From positions 498,826 through 562,825 of the forward strand of contig MU053561.1 in the NCBI GenBank assembly GCA_013239625.1: a stretch of DNA of 64,000 bases, written 5' to 3'. The number at the start of each line of letters is the position of its first letter. Within the stretch, counting starts at the first letter, position 1. A program made the position numbers and the translations under genes. This document shows positions 26,534 through 41,590 of this stretch, piece by piece. Below the pieces are notes generated by a model. It was given only the letters and a program-made list of their open reading frames with translations, was not told the origin of the DNA and made no database searches. The stretch comes from Lama guanicoe. Taxonomy: Eukaryota.

Positions 26534-27049
26534 TGAGGCTTCCGTTCTGACAGAATTATGTTGTTATTAGGAGCAAAGGAAAGCCCTGAAGGAATTTAAG
26601 CAACAGAGTAACTCTGTCTAATTTGTGTATTTGAAGAAGCATCTCCCTTGCTACTACTTGGAGACTAGATTGATGAGGAACAAAGGTGAACATGGGAAAA
26701 CCAGTCAGATTATTCCAGCAAGTAGTCTAGGCAAGAGGTGGTGGTGATTTGGTTACAGCTGGTTAAAGAGAAGTTGATGGATTTGAGATATCCAGTAAAC
26801 ATTTGCTGATTATTGTACGATGGATGAGATCAAGGGCGTACATCTAGGCACTAAATGGGCTACACCTTGACTAAATGAGTGTGTCTGCCTGTATGTTTTG
26901 CTAACAATGTGTTTGCTAATCTTTATCACTTCTTGACATTCTAAGGCACATACAGAGCACTGTCCCCTGGGACAGGGGCTCCCACAGAGCCTGGCTGTCC
27001 ATTGGACTCACGATTGGTAGCAGCGATAATGACAATGAAGCAAGTTTAA

Positions 27050-27256
<207 letters not shown>

Positions 27257-28366
27257 TAGCTGGGAAGGAGCAAGGGATTCATCAGAGGTTTAGAATACAG
27301 TGCGTGAGAGTGACGACTTCTATGAGATATAATTGGAAGAAAGCTTGTTAGATGCAAATGGGGAAGAACTGGGTGGGGAAGCAGAAGGTAGAGTTGGAAA
27401 GAGGCAGGAGGCAGCATGCGGCTTCCCAGTAAAGAGTGTAGATAACGACCCAGTAGAGGATGCTGGACAGTTAGGGCCCATGGAAGCCAGATGGACGGTC
27501 TTTGAAAAATGCTATCTGTGCAGCAGCTGAAAAAGCCCAGACTTCGGAGTTAGACTGACCTGTGACACTCACCAGCTCTTTATCTTTGACAAAAGTATTT
27601 AACTTTTCTCACTTGTCTAATTTCTAAAATCTTACCAACTTTGTAGGCTTGCCAAACAGATTAATGAGCAAATTAATTAATGATAAATAAGTTATCAACA
27701 AATATCACTGTCTCCTTCCAACTGCCCCCTTTCCTTACCAAACATAAAACAAAATATTGCCTCAAAAAGCAACAAAGGAAAAGTAAACCAAAGCTAACGC
27801 TGGGACTGGAGAGACCAGGTGGTGATTTTAAAAGTGTGGTAACCATATTTTTTTCAAGCAAAACTCAGGACACATGGTTTGCACTGTGGTCTGAAAAGGA
27901 GGCGGAACATATGGAATCAGGAATGTTCCAAAAACTCAGATATAGTAATCATTGATCTTACCTGGAACAGGGGAGGGACATGTTAGAGCAAGAAAAAAGA
28001 CAATTAAAATAAAAATAGAGTTTCTGAGATGAATGTTAACGAACAAAGCTCTGAAATACTGCAATGAAACAGAGTTGGAACACTTAGGGCTAGGCTGGAA
28101 GTGTCTGTTGGAAGACAGGGTTCTCTGAGGTACCCCTCAGGCTAGGGTACCACTGGCAGAAGGACGTCATGAAGAGTTCAACGGCAGAAGGACATGTTTC
28201 TTTGGGAAAATGCCAAACTCCTATAATAAAATTCCTAGCAGACAAGCCTTAGGTACCAGCTCCAAGAGAGCTGCTTCTGGTTCTTCTTCTGGCCCAGTGC
28301 TCCCCTGAGTGTAGACGAGGTGAGCCCGCAGCCCCCTGCAGCACAGCTGGGAGACCGTCGCCATGA

Positions 28367-28537
<171 letters not shown>

Positions 28538-29798
28538 AGGTGGTGAGTGACATTTTGGAGAGCTGGTGGCTTAACGTTTTCCTCTGGGCAACGGATGTGG
28601 TTCTGAGAGTGCAAGCAGACCAGAAATGGTTTGTAGTTTCCAAAAGGATCAGAGGTGGGGAGTTTGTACCATGAGGACAGTAAAACTCTTGAGGATCTTT
28701 GCCCTAAGAAGGCAAAAGCTAGGGGATTGAGGGGGCGGGGGTTGGCATGTCCTTAAATCTTGAATGTGAAAAAAAAAGAGTCAACTTTTTACCTAATCTG
28801 CTTATAATAGGAAGCTCCCCTAGAATCTTTATAGAAAGAAAATTAGCATCTATAACAAGAAACAGTCTGTGAACCTGAAACCATGGAACTCATTACTCCA
28901 AGGGGGTAAGTCAGTGACAAAGACGGATGAGTAGCTTCAGAGAAAGTACACACCAGTGTGCTGGAGACGGGTTCTTAAGGAAGCAGGGTGTTGGGGATTC
29001 TGTTAGAGCCAGGAGGCTCGGCTGGAGGGAGTCAGGCTAATGGGCTGTGTAGCTATCCTCACTCCATGAGATTCCTTCTGGGGGGAAGCAGTGAGATTTG
29101 GGGAGTAAGTGTGGAGCGGCTCAAGGAGGAAAGAGTTCTACGGAAGAGGACTGGGGCCAGAGGAGAAATGGGAGAGTTCTTTATGTTGATTTTTATAGGA
29201 GAATCAAGGGTTCGGAATTAGAATCTTGTAATCCGTGCACCCAGGTAGCTGCCTTCAGTTTCGCTTCCAGATTGGTACCTTAAGCAGAATGGAAGAGTGA
29301 GAAGCAATTTGTTTTACAACTGATAAATCTTCATAACTCAGTCCCAAATACTTCCTCTGTATTTTTCTGATTTTTAATTCTTTTACTCCTAAAGGAAAAG
29401 GAGGGAGGCTAAAAAGGTTTGGCATGAGCAGGGGAAGGGGAGGAAGGCGTCTGCGGGTAAAGGAGACACGCAGAGACAGTGAGAAGGCTACAGGATGAGG
29501 GGGTCCTCAGTTCACTCCTAACCACTGCCAACGTTCCGGGCCATGTGGCCTCCTGTACCAGGGTGGAAACATGCCTCTGGGATGTTAAGAAGGGGCTGGG
29601 CTGGGGGCAAAGGGGCTGACAGGCCAGGCTGCAGGTGCGGGTGAGAACGGCAGAGCAGTGTGCAGGTTCCCCAGGCTCTGGCGCTACCAGGGAGTCGTCG
29701 TCTGCTTGCTCGTCTGCTTGTTTGTTTGTAATATGGTTCTTCAGGGCAAGTCAGTGGCAAAGAGGGGCTATTAAATGTGTCAAGTGAATTCTGTCATC

Positions 29799-29867
29799 AG
29801 AGGCAGAGAGAGAGAGAGAAGGTGGAGAAGGAGAGGAAGAGATAGAGAAAGAGAAAGAGAAAGAGAA
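29799..29867. repeat. Polypurine (GA-rich) tract in HMGCS2 intron 9
   Basis: Almost pure A/G run including (AG)n and (GAGAAA)n. Confidence 0.85.
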
Positions 29868-30283
29868 TTGGGATTTTCAAGGGCGAGTTTCCCAATCAGT
29901 CTCCCTCCCTCTCCTGGTCCACAAGCTTAGGCAGCCTTGTACCTATGAAAAGAAAAGCTGGGCTCATCCTCATCTCATGGGAGCACTGCACCTGCACCTG
30001 TGAGAGGTTAGTGACTGAAGGCTTTAACGCCAGCACAGCGCTCCGCGGGGCCCAGCCTGCCCACCTGTCACGGGCAGAGCGGGTCATGGGGACCCTCCCC
30101 TGGGCTGGGGCTCAGGGCGCTCAGGCTTCCAGCCTTACTGCTGGGCAGGCAGTGGGACATCCCAGCCCTCAGGATGCAGTTAGGAGAGCCTACATCGGCA
30201 AAGAGCAGGTATGGGGGAGTTTGGGGTGCCCAGGGTGAGACTCACGATCGAATGTCCTTCTTTCATGTCTTTAAATTCTACAG

Positions 30284-30760
30284 ATATGTGAAGAGGTTCC
30301 TGGGAAAAGTATGTGACAGGACTTTTGCCCTCAATCAGTCATATAACGCCCCCCACTCTTCGCTGGTAAATAGATTGGATTGGACACAGCAGCCCCCGAA
30401 AGCACTGGCCTTGTAGAGCAAGGGGCCATCCTTTGGGGGGTCCTTCATGCCTGTCCCTGCTGCTGCAGTCCCGTCATGGGCTTGTGCTGCCAGAGGAGAC
30501 CTTTGTGAAAGAAGGAGATGGATGCATGGAGGGAAGGCGCGGCCTTGAATCGCAGACCAGAAATGTGGCAGACCCGTTGTCCCTTTCAAGGTCCAGCTAA
30601 CTGGCCTCTCCTTTGTTATCACTCTGTTATTATTGTTACTGCCATATTTCTGTGCTGTTATATCTTCATCTGTTTCTTAGGGTTTTCTGAGAATTTTGAA
30701 ATTTTATGTTTGGTACTAAGCCAATATAACACCATTAAAAAGATTCAGAAGGAGGGACTG
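30284..30760 (+). other. HMGCS2: HMGCS2 terminal non-coding exon (3' UTR), end approximate
   Basis: Pyrimidine tract plus ctacag acceptor ending at 30283. ATTAAA at 30734-30739. Resembles the human HMGCS2 3' UTR as I recall it. The strong donor after the stop codon implies a downstream exon. Confidence 0.75.
30734..30739 (+). terminator. Polyadenylation signal ATTAAA of HMGCS2 (alternative AATAAA at 31065-31070)
   Basis: Hexamer at the end of the AT-rich UTR segment. Confidence 0.65.
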
Positions 30761-33700
30761 ACAAACGCATTTCTTGGAAACCAGAACACAGACGATGCAC
30801 CAGCGAGAAGTCTGCCAGGTCTCCTGGCTCTGGAGCCCCACCTGCATGTACCCCCACCACAGTCAACTTTCTGAGCACCTCACACCCTCCCTCTCTGCCC
30901 TCCAATTCCGTTCTCTGAAAGGCACAGGGAAACTAAGAGAGATACAGCTTCCACCCCCTGCTTCCTTCCCTGATGGAAAGACACTTTACAGATGAGGGCC
31001 AGCAGACAGGTGACAGAAATGTCTTCAGACCTGCGGACCATGCTTTGTCAGTGTTGTCTGCACAAATAAACACAGGGCAGAACTTATTAGGTTAAAGTTA
31101 TGGCTCCTCCAGCCAAAAAATTCAATACTCAGCCTGCAATGTTCCCATTAGAGGAGTGTTTTTCCCCCTTGAGTTAGGGCGCACCTTCATCTGGGATCCT
31201 CTTGTAAAAGAGCAGCAGTTCAGGGAGGTGGGGACTGAACTGAGGAGGGCAGTGGGAAACATCAAGTTATTCCCTTTTAGAAACTTCCGTAAGCCACTGC
31301 GGGAAAGGGGCCCTTTGGAGGAAGGAGGATGGTTTCTACTGGTGGGGAGAAGGGCTGGCATTGGGGGGCGGTACAGGGATATGGGACACTGGGCATGTGA
31401 GGATGAGATGCTGTCCTCTCCTTTGCTGCCTGCCCCAGGGTGTTTATGTCACAACAGGCGCCAGAAAATCCAGGATAAATCCCAATGTGCGCACTAATCC
31501 ACCATCAGCTGACTCCCTTCCCAGGCCCCCGGCCACATGCTGGCTGAACTCCTGCCGTGTTACACCCGCCGTAGCAGCTGCTACCTCCTACCCTGCTGCC
31601 CCCTGTGGTCTGCTCCTCCTCGGGAAGCTGTCTGGGGGCCCTCGGGCCAGTTGCACCCTTGGCAGGACAACATATGCCTTTCCTAAGATCTCTGGAGTAG
31701 TGTCCAGTCGTGGAAGAGAAGCCAATATTTACCTGAGTTCTTGAGGTAGGAGACTCGGGCCTGGGGGTGGGGGTGGGGGTGGGGATAGGTGCTTGCCATC
31801 CATCCATATAGTTCACTGTGAGGTCTTTGTGTTGAAACCTGCCTCCAGTGGCCTTAGCAACCAGGACTTTCCATATCACCCAGTGATGGAGCTGGGCCTG
31901 CCTCTGCTCGGAAGTCATTTGGACACAATGAAGGGGTGACAGTAAAAATATTTAACAATGAAGATATCAGGGTGCTGCCCAGTTGAATGGATACTGCCCA
32001 TACCCTGCACACCAGCTGAATATCAGCTCTGGTTCGGCTGCATGGGACCCAGGATGGCACTGATCATTGTCACCACCGCACAGACAGAGGTTCCCAGCCC
32101 CTTCTACACTAACTTTGACACTAAGCCCTAGGCCTTCCTCTGGTGGCTCTGACATCCACTTCATTAAGTGACTCCTGCTGGCTCTGAACAAAGCCCGCTC
32201 TCCTGTGTAAATATGGTCAACATATGAGGGAGTGGTTTTCCAATTGCCTGGTCACCATTTTCACCCTAAGGTCAGCTACGGTCATGCAGATAAAGAACTT
32301 CCCCATGTGGGCAAAACATAATCACCCAGGACAACCTCGAGCAGGAAAGGTGGGTGGGGAGATTACTAGATAAAGGCACTGAGCCCTGCTATACTCATCG
32401 CGAGCAAGAATATTCAACACGTTATATTAAAACAGATGGGAAGAATGGTCCAACACACTGACCAGGAGGCAACTTCTGGTCTCCAGGGGACACACTAAAG
32501 ACACACGTTTCTAATCTCAGAGTTCCAGGAGTCAGCGTCCTGAGGCCGGTTCCCTCCTGTCCTCATACTTACTCTGCCTTCCTCACTCAGCTTTCAGCAA
32601 ACCTTTCTGCTTCCCAGCCAAGATACACAAGAAATTGCACTCTAAAGTCAGGCAGTGCAGAGATGCCACAAATCACAGAGGAGTAAACTGCAAGAGCTGG
32701 AGCTCAAAATGAATCTTGCCTTTTTAAATTTAGGAGAGTTTATGTGGTGAGCCACAGACAGGGTGACGCAGTGAAAGTGTCCCATGCCTTCGCGTGCCAC
32801 CCATGTGTAGGAAGCTATTCAGGGATGCTCAAGTCATTAGGGCTTCTAGAATTGTTCTGATCACCACAGAGCACTGAATATGGTTGGTCAAGGGGCTTCT
32901 GGGGAAAGGGGGTAGCAGGCTGAAGATTGAGCTCAATTTTTAACTAAGTTTTGGCTTAATCAACCTCAGCCTGTTTTGCTAGCTGTCAGCAGGCTCCAGT
33001 GAACCCCGTCACCAGATGCCATGTGATGCAAGACCTCTCTCCAGTAGGAGGGGGTGGGTCGTCTGATGTAAGGACACCCCGCGTCCAGATTTGACAGGAC
33101 ATCACAAGGGCAAAAGGAGGGTCATTTGGTGTACGGAATTCTGTGTTAGAGACTGAGTGAGACCTGCACATCTGTGCTCAAAGAAAGGCATAGGGATGAA
33201 GAAACCAGTGTTTGCCAAGTGGCCCGGGGCACTTCCCACAAGCCACCTTTTAATCCCTTTAATCCTGAAAGGCATCATGATTCCACTTATTGAAGAGGGA
33301 ACAAAGGCTTAGGGGAATTAAACACTGTGCTCAAGGTCAGAGCAGCTCAAAGCCACCTCGCTGTTCATGTCCAGGCCCATCCCTTTCCAGGTCTGCTGGC
33401 TTGAGGCCCTAACACACGTTCCAAGTTCATTGCAGATGCCGGCACAGCGAGCAGTCCTGGTGGAGTTTCTATCGACCTTTGGCTCAATTACAGCACTGAG
33501 GCCAAAAGGATGGGTTTGCCCCTGCCAGTGCCAATCAACTGCCCCGTGCAAGGCCTTCCTAGCCTGGGTAAGTCTCAGAAACAGACATTATTGGGCATTA
33601 GGGAGGAATGGCTCATCCCCTACTGATGGAGGGAAAAACCCTCAAAAGGTGAATCATTAGGGTGCAGACTACCAATCTATCACGTTTCATGAAAATCATC

Positions 33701-34301
33701 TTCAAAAAATCACCCAGTAATGCATTGTCCGTCCCGTCCTAAGCTGGCTGGGAACTCGCCAAGTAGCCCCAGTCCTCCTGCCTCTGTGAATATTTCTTCC
33801 CCTTGTATAATTGTCCCAAACGTCTCCTCGGAGCCACCACCCTCAGTTCTCTGGCCTCAACAGAATTCATATACACTAGCTGCGGCACTCTCCTTGCTGC
33901 TGCTGCTGTGTGCTCGGTCCCCTCAACAGACGGAGACTGCTAGGGCCGCCCTCAGAGCTTTCGTCCTCCCCCTGGGCAGACACCTACCCCAGTGCCTGGC
34001 ACTGGGAAGGTTTGTTGAGTTATATTTATCAATGTGCATCTATATTCCCTCTTGGAAGGGATATCTGAAATAGCACAAGACTCCAAGACACCTTGAGCTT
34101 TGTTCCTAAAAAATGCCTCTGAATAAGCTGAGAGACAGCAGAGGGATCCCCTTCAGGGCACCCACACCCAGGCATGCAGTTGGTCCATCTAGATCTCCCT
34201 TCTGCTGTCAAAGCCAAGCCTCACAGCGGCCTGCGGATGCCCTCTGGTGGCTCTTCAGGGTAATGACAACACCAAGACGCCCGGAGAGTATGGGTAGGCT
34301 C

Positions 34302-34307
34302 TTTATT
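34302..34307 (-). terminator. Polyadenylation signal AATAAA of PHGDH
   Basis: TTTATT on the + strand, about 140 nt past the stop codon. Confidence 0.85.
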
Positions 34308-34445
34308 AAGTGGTTATTGCTGTACCACGGAGGTCAGACAAGGGCAGGAGCCTAAGCAGTGTCAGCCCCATGAACGCAGATCTCCTCTCCCAGAGGGCAT
34401 GGCTCTTCAGGAAATCTCGCTAGGCTGGGACGGGTGAGCCCAAGG

Positions 34446-34790
<345 letters not shown>

Positions 34791-35411
34791 TCAGGAACAC
34801 TCTGACCATCAGGCAGAGCAGGGGAGGGAAGAGTAGCCACAGAGAGCTACAGTAATGCCAGACTTGCTGTCTGCTAGTTTTATCCAAATCAACAAGGGAG
34901 AAAAGCAGGGGAAAGTTCCTCTGGACAGCTGGCAAGGACAGTGAAATTAGGCCCTTTGAGATCTGTGGATATCCTCTCTGCCAAACTTGGACGTGCTCCA
35001 GAACCCCCAGCAGCCCAGGCGCCAGGGAACTGGGGCGGGTGCAAGATCCCCACAACTGCTGGCAGGGATGCCCTGACAGGCTTTGCTGGATCGGGCTGGC
35101 CACCCAGCCTGCAGTCAGAGGCTCCTCTCAAGGGCTCAGAGTTCCTGGGATGCAGCTCCACAGACAGATCTAAACTGTGCACTTAACGTGGTGAGCACCT
35201 GGCTCATCACAGGGGCACGGGGCCCGAACCCTGCCGCCCTGCTTTGCAACCTTAGATAAGGCACTTTCCCTCTGAGCTCCGTACCCACTCCCCAGATGTC
35301 CTGGAAATTGGCATGACAGACCCTCTGTATGCTGCAGATCCAGAGATGCCTGCAGGCGTGGAGAGGGGCAGAAGGAAGCAAAGTCCAGGGAGCCCAGTCC
35401 CAGGACAGAGC

Positions 35412-35460
35412 CACACACACACACGCACGCGCGCGCGCGCACACACACACACACACACAT
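35412..35460. repeat. Compound (CA)n(CG)n(CA)n microsatellite in PHGDH intron 11
   Basis: About 49 nt of uninterrupted purine/pyrimidine alternation, read directly. Confidence 0.95.
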
Positions 35461-35508
35461 GCCCGCCTCTGCCTCGGGTGCACTCGCCAGCCCTCCAGGC
35501 TCCCTCAC

Positions 35509-35746
35509 CAATCACGGTCGGCAGCATCGCAGGGCTGGAGGGCTGAGCCCGGAACACGAGCAGGGGTAGGCCCTGGCGGAGAGGCACCTCTGGTCTGAAG
35601 ACGGCTCCGTTAAGTGCCCGCAGCACAGGTGTGGTGCCCTGGACCAAGCCCACAGCCTGGTAGGGGGCACCTGCCAGCGCCACGGTCAGGAGGCATTCCC
35701 CGGAGTCCTGCTCCCCGGGTGCAGCAGGGTTGTGGGAGGTGGTCAC
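35509..35746 (-). CDS. PHGDH: PHGDH exon 11
   Basis: [42 protein letters not shown]...[10 protein letters not shown]. 238 nt. Confidence 0.96.
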
Positions 35747-36679
35747 CTGTAGGCAGACGGCAAGGAGTCGAGGTTATGCCCACCTTCCTCCGGCCTAATC
35801 GCCAATTTGTGGGGCTTCAGCCTGGCTGACACGCTCAGCAATTCAGGGCTGGGGGAAAGAGCAAATGGGTAAGTCTTATGCCCCTGAGTGTGAGCTTCCT
35901 GCGACAGTGACCTCCCTAAAGGGAGGGCAAAGAGAGATCTACCAGCTACAGGTAAAGGCTTGGAGAGGAGCGGGGAAACTGGGGAGGATGAAGAGGGAGG
36001 GAGGGAGCAGGGCTGTGAGAAGGGCTAGGATTAGCAGACCTGCCACTGGAGGCCGATCCAGCCTGGTCCCTCCTGCTCTGACTGCCTCCTGCCCAGAATC
36101 AGTGGCCTGTAGGAGTGCAGGGTGGGGAGAGGAAAGGGGCCTGGGAGCTCTCCTGCCCATTGCTTCTGCCAGCTCCCACTGGCTGAGAAACACAGACTTT
36201 GATCTAAAAAAGTGACCAGAGGGAAGACGCCGAAGGGAAGCCAAGAGGGGCAGCAGAGGCTAAGAGGGTGTGTTGCAAGCAGCCAGAGTTTGCACGCTAA
36301 GCAGGCAACCAGGTGCTGTGGTAATAGGAGCCCTGGATAGAGAGTTAGAGGCCGAGCCCGCTGGGCTCATTTCCAGCTCCCAGCCTGGCGCCTAAACTTC
36401 CTCAGCTGGGATGTGGGGGTCCTGCCACCCTTCCTGCGCACACAGCGCTCATACACAAAGCCATTTCACGAGCATCAGTTCACTCGCAGCAACGTGCAGA
36501 GGCTGATGGTACCTCCAACTTTGCAGATGACGAAAGTCCCGCCACTCTCACAGGTAGACACTGGCACGCACCCAGGGCTCCCACTCAATGAGCGGAGCTG
36601 TCAGGTGCTCTGAAAATGCAGGGGAGCAAGGCCGGGCTGAGCAGGGCAGGAGTAGGGGGGAGGCAGGCGGGGTGCACAC

Positions 36680-36810
36680 CTCAAGGCCAGCCTCTTTCAC
36701 CAGCAGCATGGCGTTCACCAAGTTCACATCTGCCTGATGGGACGCTTTCTTCAGGAGGCCAACAATGACGGCGGGGCTCAGGCAGTTCCCAGAGTTCTTC
36801 AGGGACATTC
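36680..36810 (-). CDS. PHGDH: PHGDH exon 10
   Basis: [44 protein letters not shown]. Donor GTGTGC. 131 nt. Confidence 0.95.
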
Positions 36811-37821
36811 CTGGAGACCGAGAGAAGCCATCGTAAGTCGCCATGTGTCAAACAACACGGGAGGGGGCAGCAGACCACTGGCACTGGGTTCCGAGTCCTC
36901 ACCGCCCTGGGGGACCCTAACCCCATTCCGGGGGGCGCAGTTCTGCCTTTCTCTGGTGGATGGAGAGCCAGTGGTGGGAGACACACGGGGTTCAGGCCAG
37001 GCCCCCTGGGACACTCTACACCAGTCTAAGAAATGCCCCTCCAAAACAGCCCGCCTCCACGGCCCCTGCACACTTGCCCCTGGCCTGGCCACCCTGTCCT
37101 GCCTGACATTCCCCAAGGGGACGTGAAAAAGGTCCTGTCCTCACCCTTGCTGGCACTCATCCCCTTGCCAGCCTCGGGAAATAGAAGCAGAAAAGGACAC
37201 ATAGAGAATCTGCCGCCCCCGTCTGCCTCACCTCCTTGGGGCCTGGGCACTCAGGCCAGTGGGGACGCCTGGCTCTGCCCCTGCCCGGCGCTGGGTCTGC
37301 CCACCAGCACCCCAATCTCTCCCCAGCTGTCAGTGAGGAGGACAAGCCTCACTCAGCAGGGTGAAGGGGACCAGAGTTCTCCCTGCTCTCTCAACCACAC
37401 CTGCACAGGGCCGGACCCTGCAAAGACAGACAGAACCTGCGGAGGGGCAGACAGGGGGCGCTGTCCTGGCCCCACTCCCCTGCTGAGCAGATGCCCCACC
37501 CCCACCCCCGAGGACATCAGCTTGCCCTAGAGCCCACCTCAGTATGTCACGGAGCACAAAGCATCCCCACCGCCTGCTTGTCTGGCACACCCGCCCTGAC
37601 GCTCACGTCCCACGTGCAGAGCCCAAGGCTCAGAGAAGGGAGAGCCACACAGCAGGTAAGCAACCGGCTCAAAACCAGAAAATGTTCTGCCACTTCACCC
37701 GGACTCCCTCCACCAATCCTACTGCCTCTCATGCGAAACTCCAAATCCTGTGGAGGTCCCTCGTGCACTCCAAACGTGCACATCTTAAAAATACTGCATA
37801 AACACGACTTATGACAATTCA

Positions 37822-38268
<447 letters not shown>

Positions 38269-41104
38269 TCACCCTGGCTTTGGGTGCTGGGGGGTGGGGA
38301 AGGACAACCTCTATCAGCCACCAGCAAGACGACAGCTTGTTCCTATAGCTGAGGACACCTGAGGAGCCAGAAAAGGGCACAAAAAGGCCAAGAACACTGC
38401 AAACTGCGGGAAGGGGAGCGGGGAAGGGGGAGAGGGACATCTCCCTCTCCTCTGGACCTGTGCCAGCCTGGGGAGACTCGCTTTTCCTGTGCTGGGGAAG
38501 GAAGGTGGGTCTTTGACATAAAACATACAAGGAGTCACGGGCCACTAGGACATAGAGTGGTGGGCGTCTCTGGGACGGCATTCCTAATTCCTAATTTGCT
38601 TTCATTTTTACTTTCTATCTTGATTTTTTTAATGTGGTTTTTACATTGTCACAGAACACTTTGCCCAAATACCAGTTTATAAGGCTGGATTCGTAGACTT
38701 TTGACGATACTATCACTCTTCAAATGTTGACCCCTGTGAACTTCCACCCCCCACCCCCGCAAGACGTGCTGGGCAGCTGACGGAGGCAGAAGCCACACAA
38801 TCGTTTAATGTTGTGAGTCTAGGAGCTGGCTGGCCGGACCCTTGCCAGGGGCTCGATACCAAAGCCAGCTTGTTCTGGTGAAAATGTCCATTCCATCTTG
38901 CAGCTCAAGACGTTCTGGCTGTGTTATGTATTTGGCCACTTTTACTGAGGCAACTCATAAATAAAACCATCTAAGAAGGATTTAATTAGAAACCTGGTGT
39001 TGGAGGCAAATCAAACAAGCAGTGATCAGATGTCATGAAAAGAGAACGTGGACACTTCTCTTCCCGCTTGCATAAAGCTACAACTGGCAGAGAATTCAAG
39101 GAGAGTTGTGATGTTGGAAAGGACAGAGGCGGCGGGACTCCCCAGCAGACCCTTCTGTGTAAGGGGCTTCCCTGATCCTCTCTGGGGGGCCCAGAAAGGA
39201 AGGGCAATGAGTCCCAGAGCTGCGGGAAGGAGAGCAGAAGCACCAGGCAACAGCTAGGGAGGCGAGAGCCTGCAGCAGGCAGAGGGAAAGTGCTCAGCTG
39301 AGCAGCCCCAAAGGCAGTCATCACACCTGGTTTGTCCTCTGTCAGGGCCACAGCGCCCCACCCCAGGGCGGCACTTGCCGAAGGTCTGCTGAGTAAAAGT
39401 CATCTTCTCTAGAAGGTGAGTAGGAGGCTTCAGGCAGAGCAGATGCCTTTGGGCACCAACCTGACCAGACGTTAGTCTGCACCTAAGGTTACAGCAGAAC
39501 TAAACTGGAGAGGACCCAGTAAAGAATGAGGGACAGATTTCCTATGTGACAAACATGTCTTTCTTTCCAAATGCCTACTCTACCCTACCCACCTCTGTGG
39601 TTGGAGAGGTCAACTGGCCAAGTTTAACTATATGACCAAGAGATATGACCTCTTAAGAAAGAGAGAAGGGAAGAGAGCAGCCCAGACCAGGTGGCAATGG
39701 TGACAGCCCAAACCTCACCTGGGTCCCTGAAGCTTCACCAGGGAGGCAGCCCATGGCATGCAGAGGGAGCAAGAAAGAGCATCCTGTCCCGAGGAGCCCA
39801 CAGACCCAGCACAGAGAGGAGAGGGCGCGGACTCAGACGGACCACGCTTCTTGGTGGACTGTCGTGCTGTGGTCATCCCCAGGCTCTCTGGGCCTGCCAG
39901 TTGCACCTGGGGCGGCCGGCCCCATAGGACAGCAGCGGGCTCCCTTACTTTCTCAGGATGCAGAGGCCAGGGTGGCCTGGAGAGCCAGGCTCTCAGTCAG
40001 GGCTGGCAGGGCTGGACAAAGCATCCTATGTCTCTCCTGCCGCAGTTCTGTTCTCCACAGTCAAAATCCCTGTGCTGAGTCAGGAAGGTCAGGGACCACC
40101 CCCCAGCCCCTGCCCCTTCCCTCATTCGTTGTAGGTTAAATGCCCCAGGCAGAGCCACATGAGCCGCAGAGCAGCTTACATCTGGGTTTTTTTGTTTGGG
40201 GGTAGGTGGAGTTGTCCTCTGAAAACTTAGAATTTAGTTAAGGGCTAAGATATAAACTCATGAAACCTTAATAACAAGAGAGAATGTGGTTTGTTGCAAA
40301 AGGGTTGGGATGGAGCTGGAAAGGCCAAGCAAGTCTTCATGAAGGGGTGGGTGGCGAGCCCCTTGAAGGAGAGCTATGCCTTCCTCGTCCATCTCTGTAT
40401 CCCCAAAGGGCTAGGACAGTATCTGGTACCCACTGGACCTCAGGGATCATCTGAAGACCAAACAAAATTGACAGGACTTGAAGTGTAAGTCAGGTTCGGC
40501 TTGGAGGAGAAACACACACCTGGAAGGGCCCACTCTGAGCAGTCGAGAAGGCCTGATTTGGGGAAAGTAAGGGGCCAGCTGGCGAGGAGGGCTCCTATGG
40601 GGGTCGGGGTGGAGATGTGGCAGGTTGCCAGGGAAGGGCGTATCCCTACCCGGGGCTCTAAGAAAGAGGGGATGAAAAGCGTGCTCAGGGTCACAAGCTG
40701 AGAGCACCCTACGGAGCTTTCCGCATAGGCAGCCCCCACCTGTCACCACCACGGGCGTCCCGCCCTCCAGCCAGCCACGCTCCTTCACTCCTAAGGCCTG
40801 TGGAGAACAAAGAAGCCTTTCTCTAGAGGCAGGGCCCTGGGAAAAGCCGCAGTCTCTGCAGCGGGGCTACAACATAACAGGTGAAGCTGGCTCCCCGTGG
40901 CGGGGCCTCAATGATCAAGGCTAATCCCGGGCAGCTCCCCTCCCCACCCCTCAGAGCGCTGGCTCAGGTGGGGGTCTCTGATCTTCAGCTCCCAGGGCTG
41001 AATCCAGGCACTGACTCACTGCCCCCAAGCCCTGCCCCATCATCAGCCCCAGAAACCACAAGCCTTTCTCCAGCTCCTCCCTCTAACCTCCAGGTCCAGC
41101 CCTA

Positions 41105-41362
<258 letters not shown>

Positions 41363-41429
41363 TTACGTTTGGTCAGGGTGGTCGCTGGACACAATAATAA
41401 CCGGCTTCCTTGTGAAGGTCCCACCACAG

Positions 41430-41590
41430 CAGAGTAGACAGAGCCCTAGACCAATCTCAGCTCCACCATTTACTATCTGTGTGCCTTTGGACAAATCTCC
41501 ATCTCTCTGAGCCTCGGTCTCCCAATCTATAAAATGGGTTAATACTACCTACTACCTAACACTATTGTGGAGATCATGCAGTGATAGAGG
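41430..41590 (+). mobile_element. MIR SINE
   Basis: CTCTCTGAGCCTCGGTCTCCCAATCTATAAAATGGG core. Confidence 0.7.
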
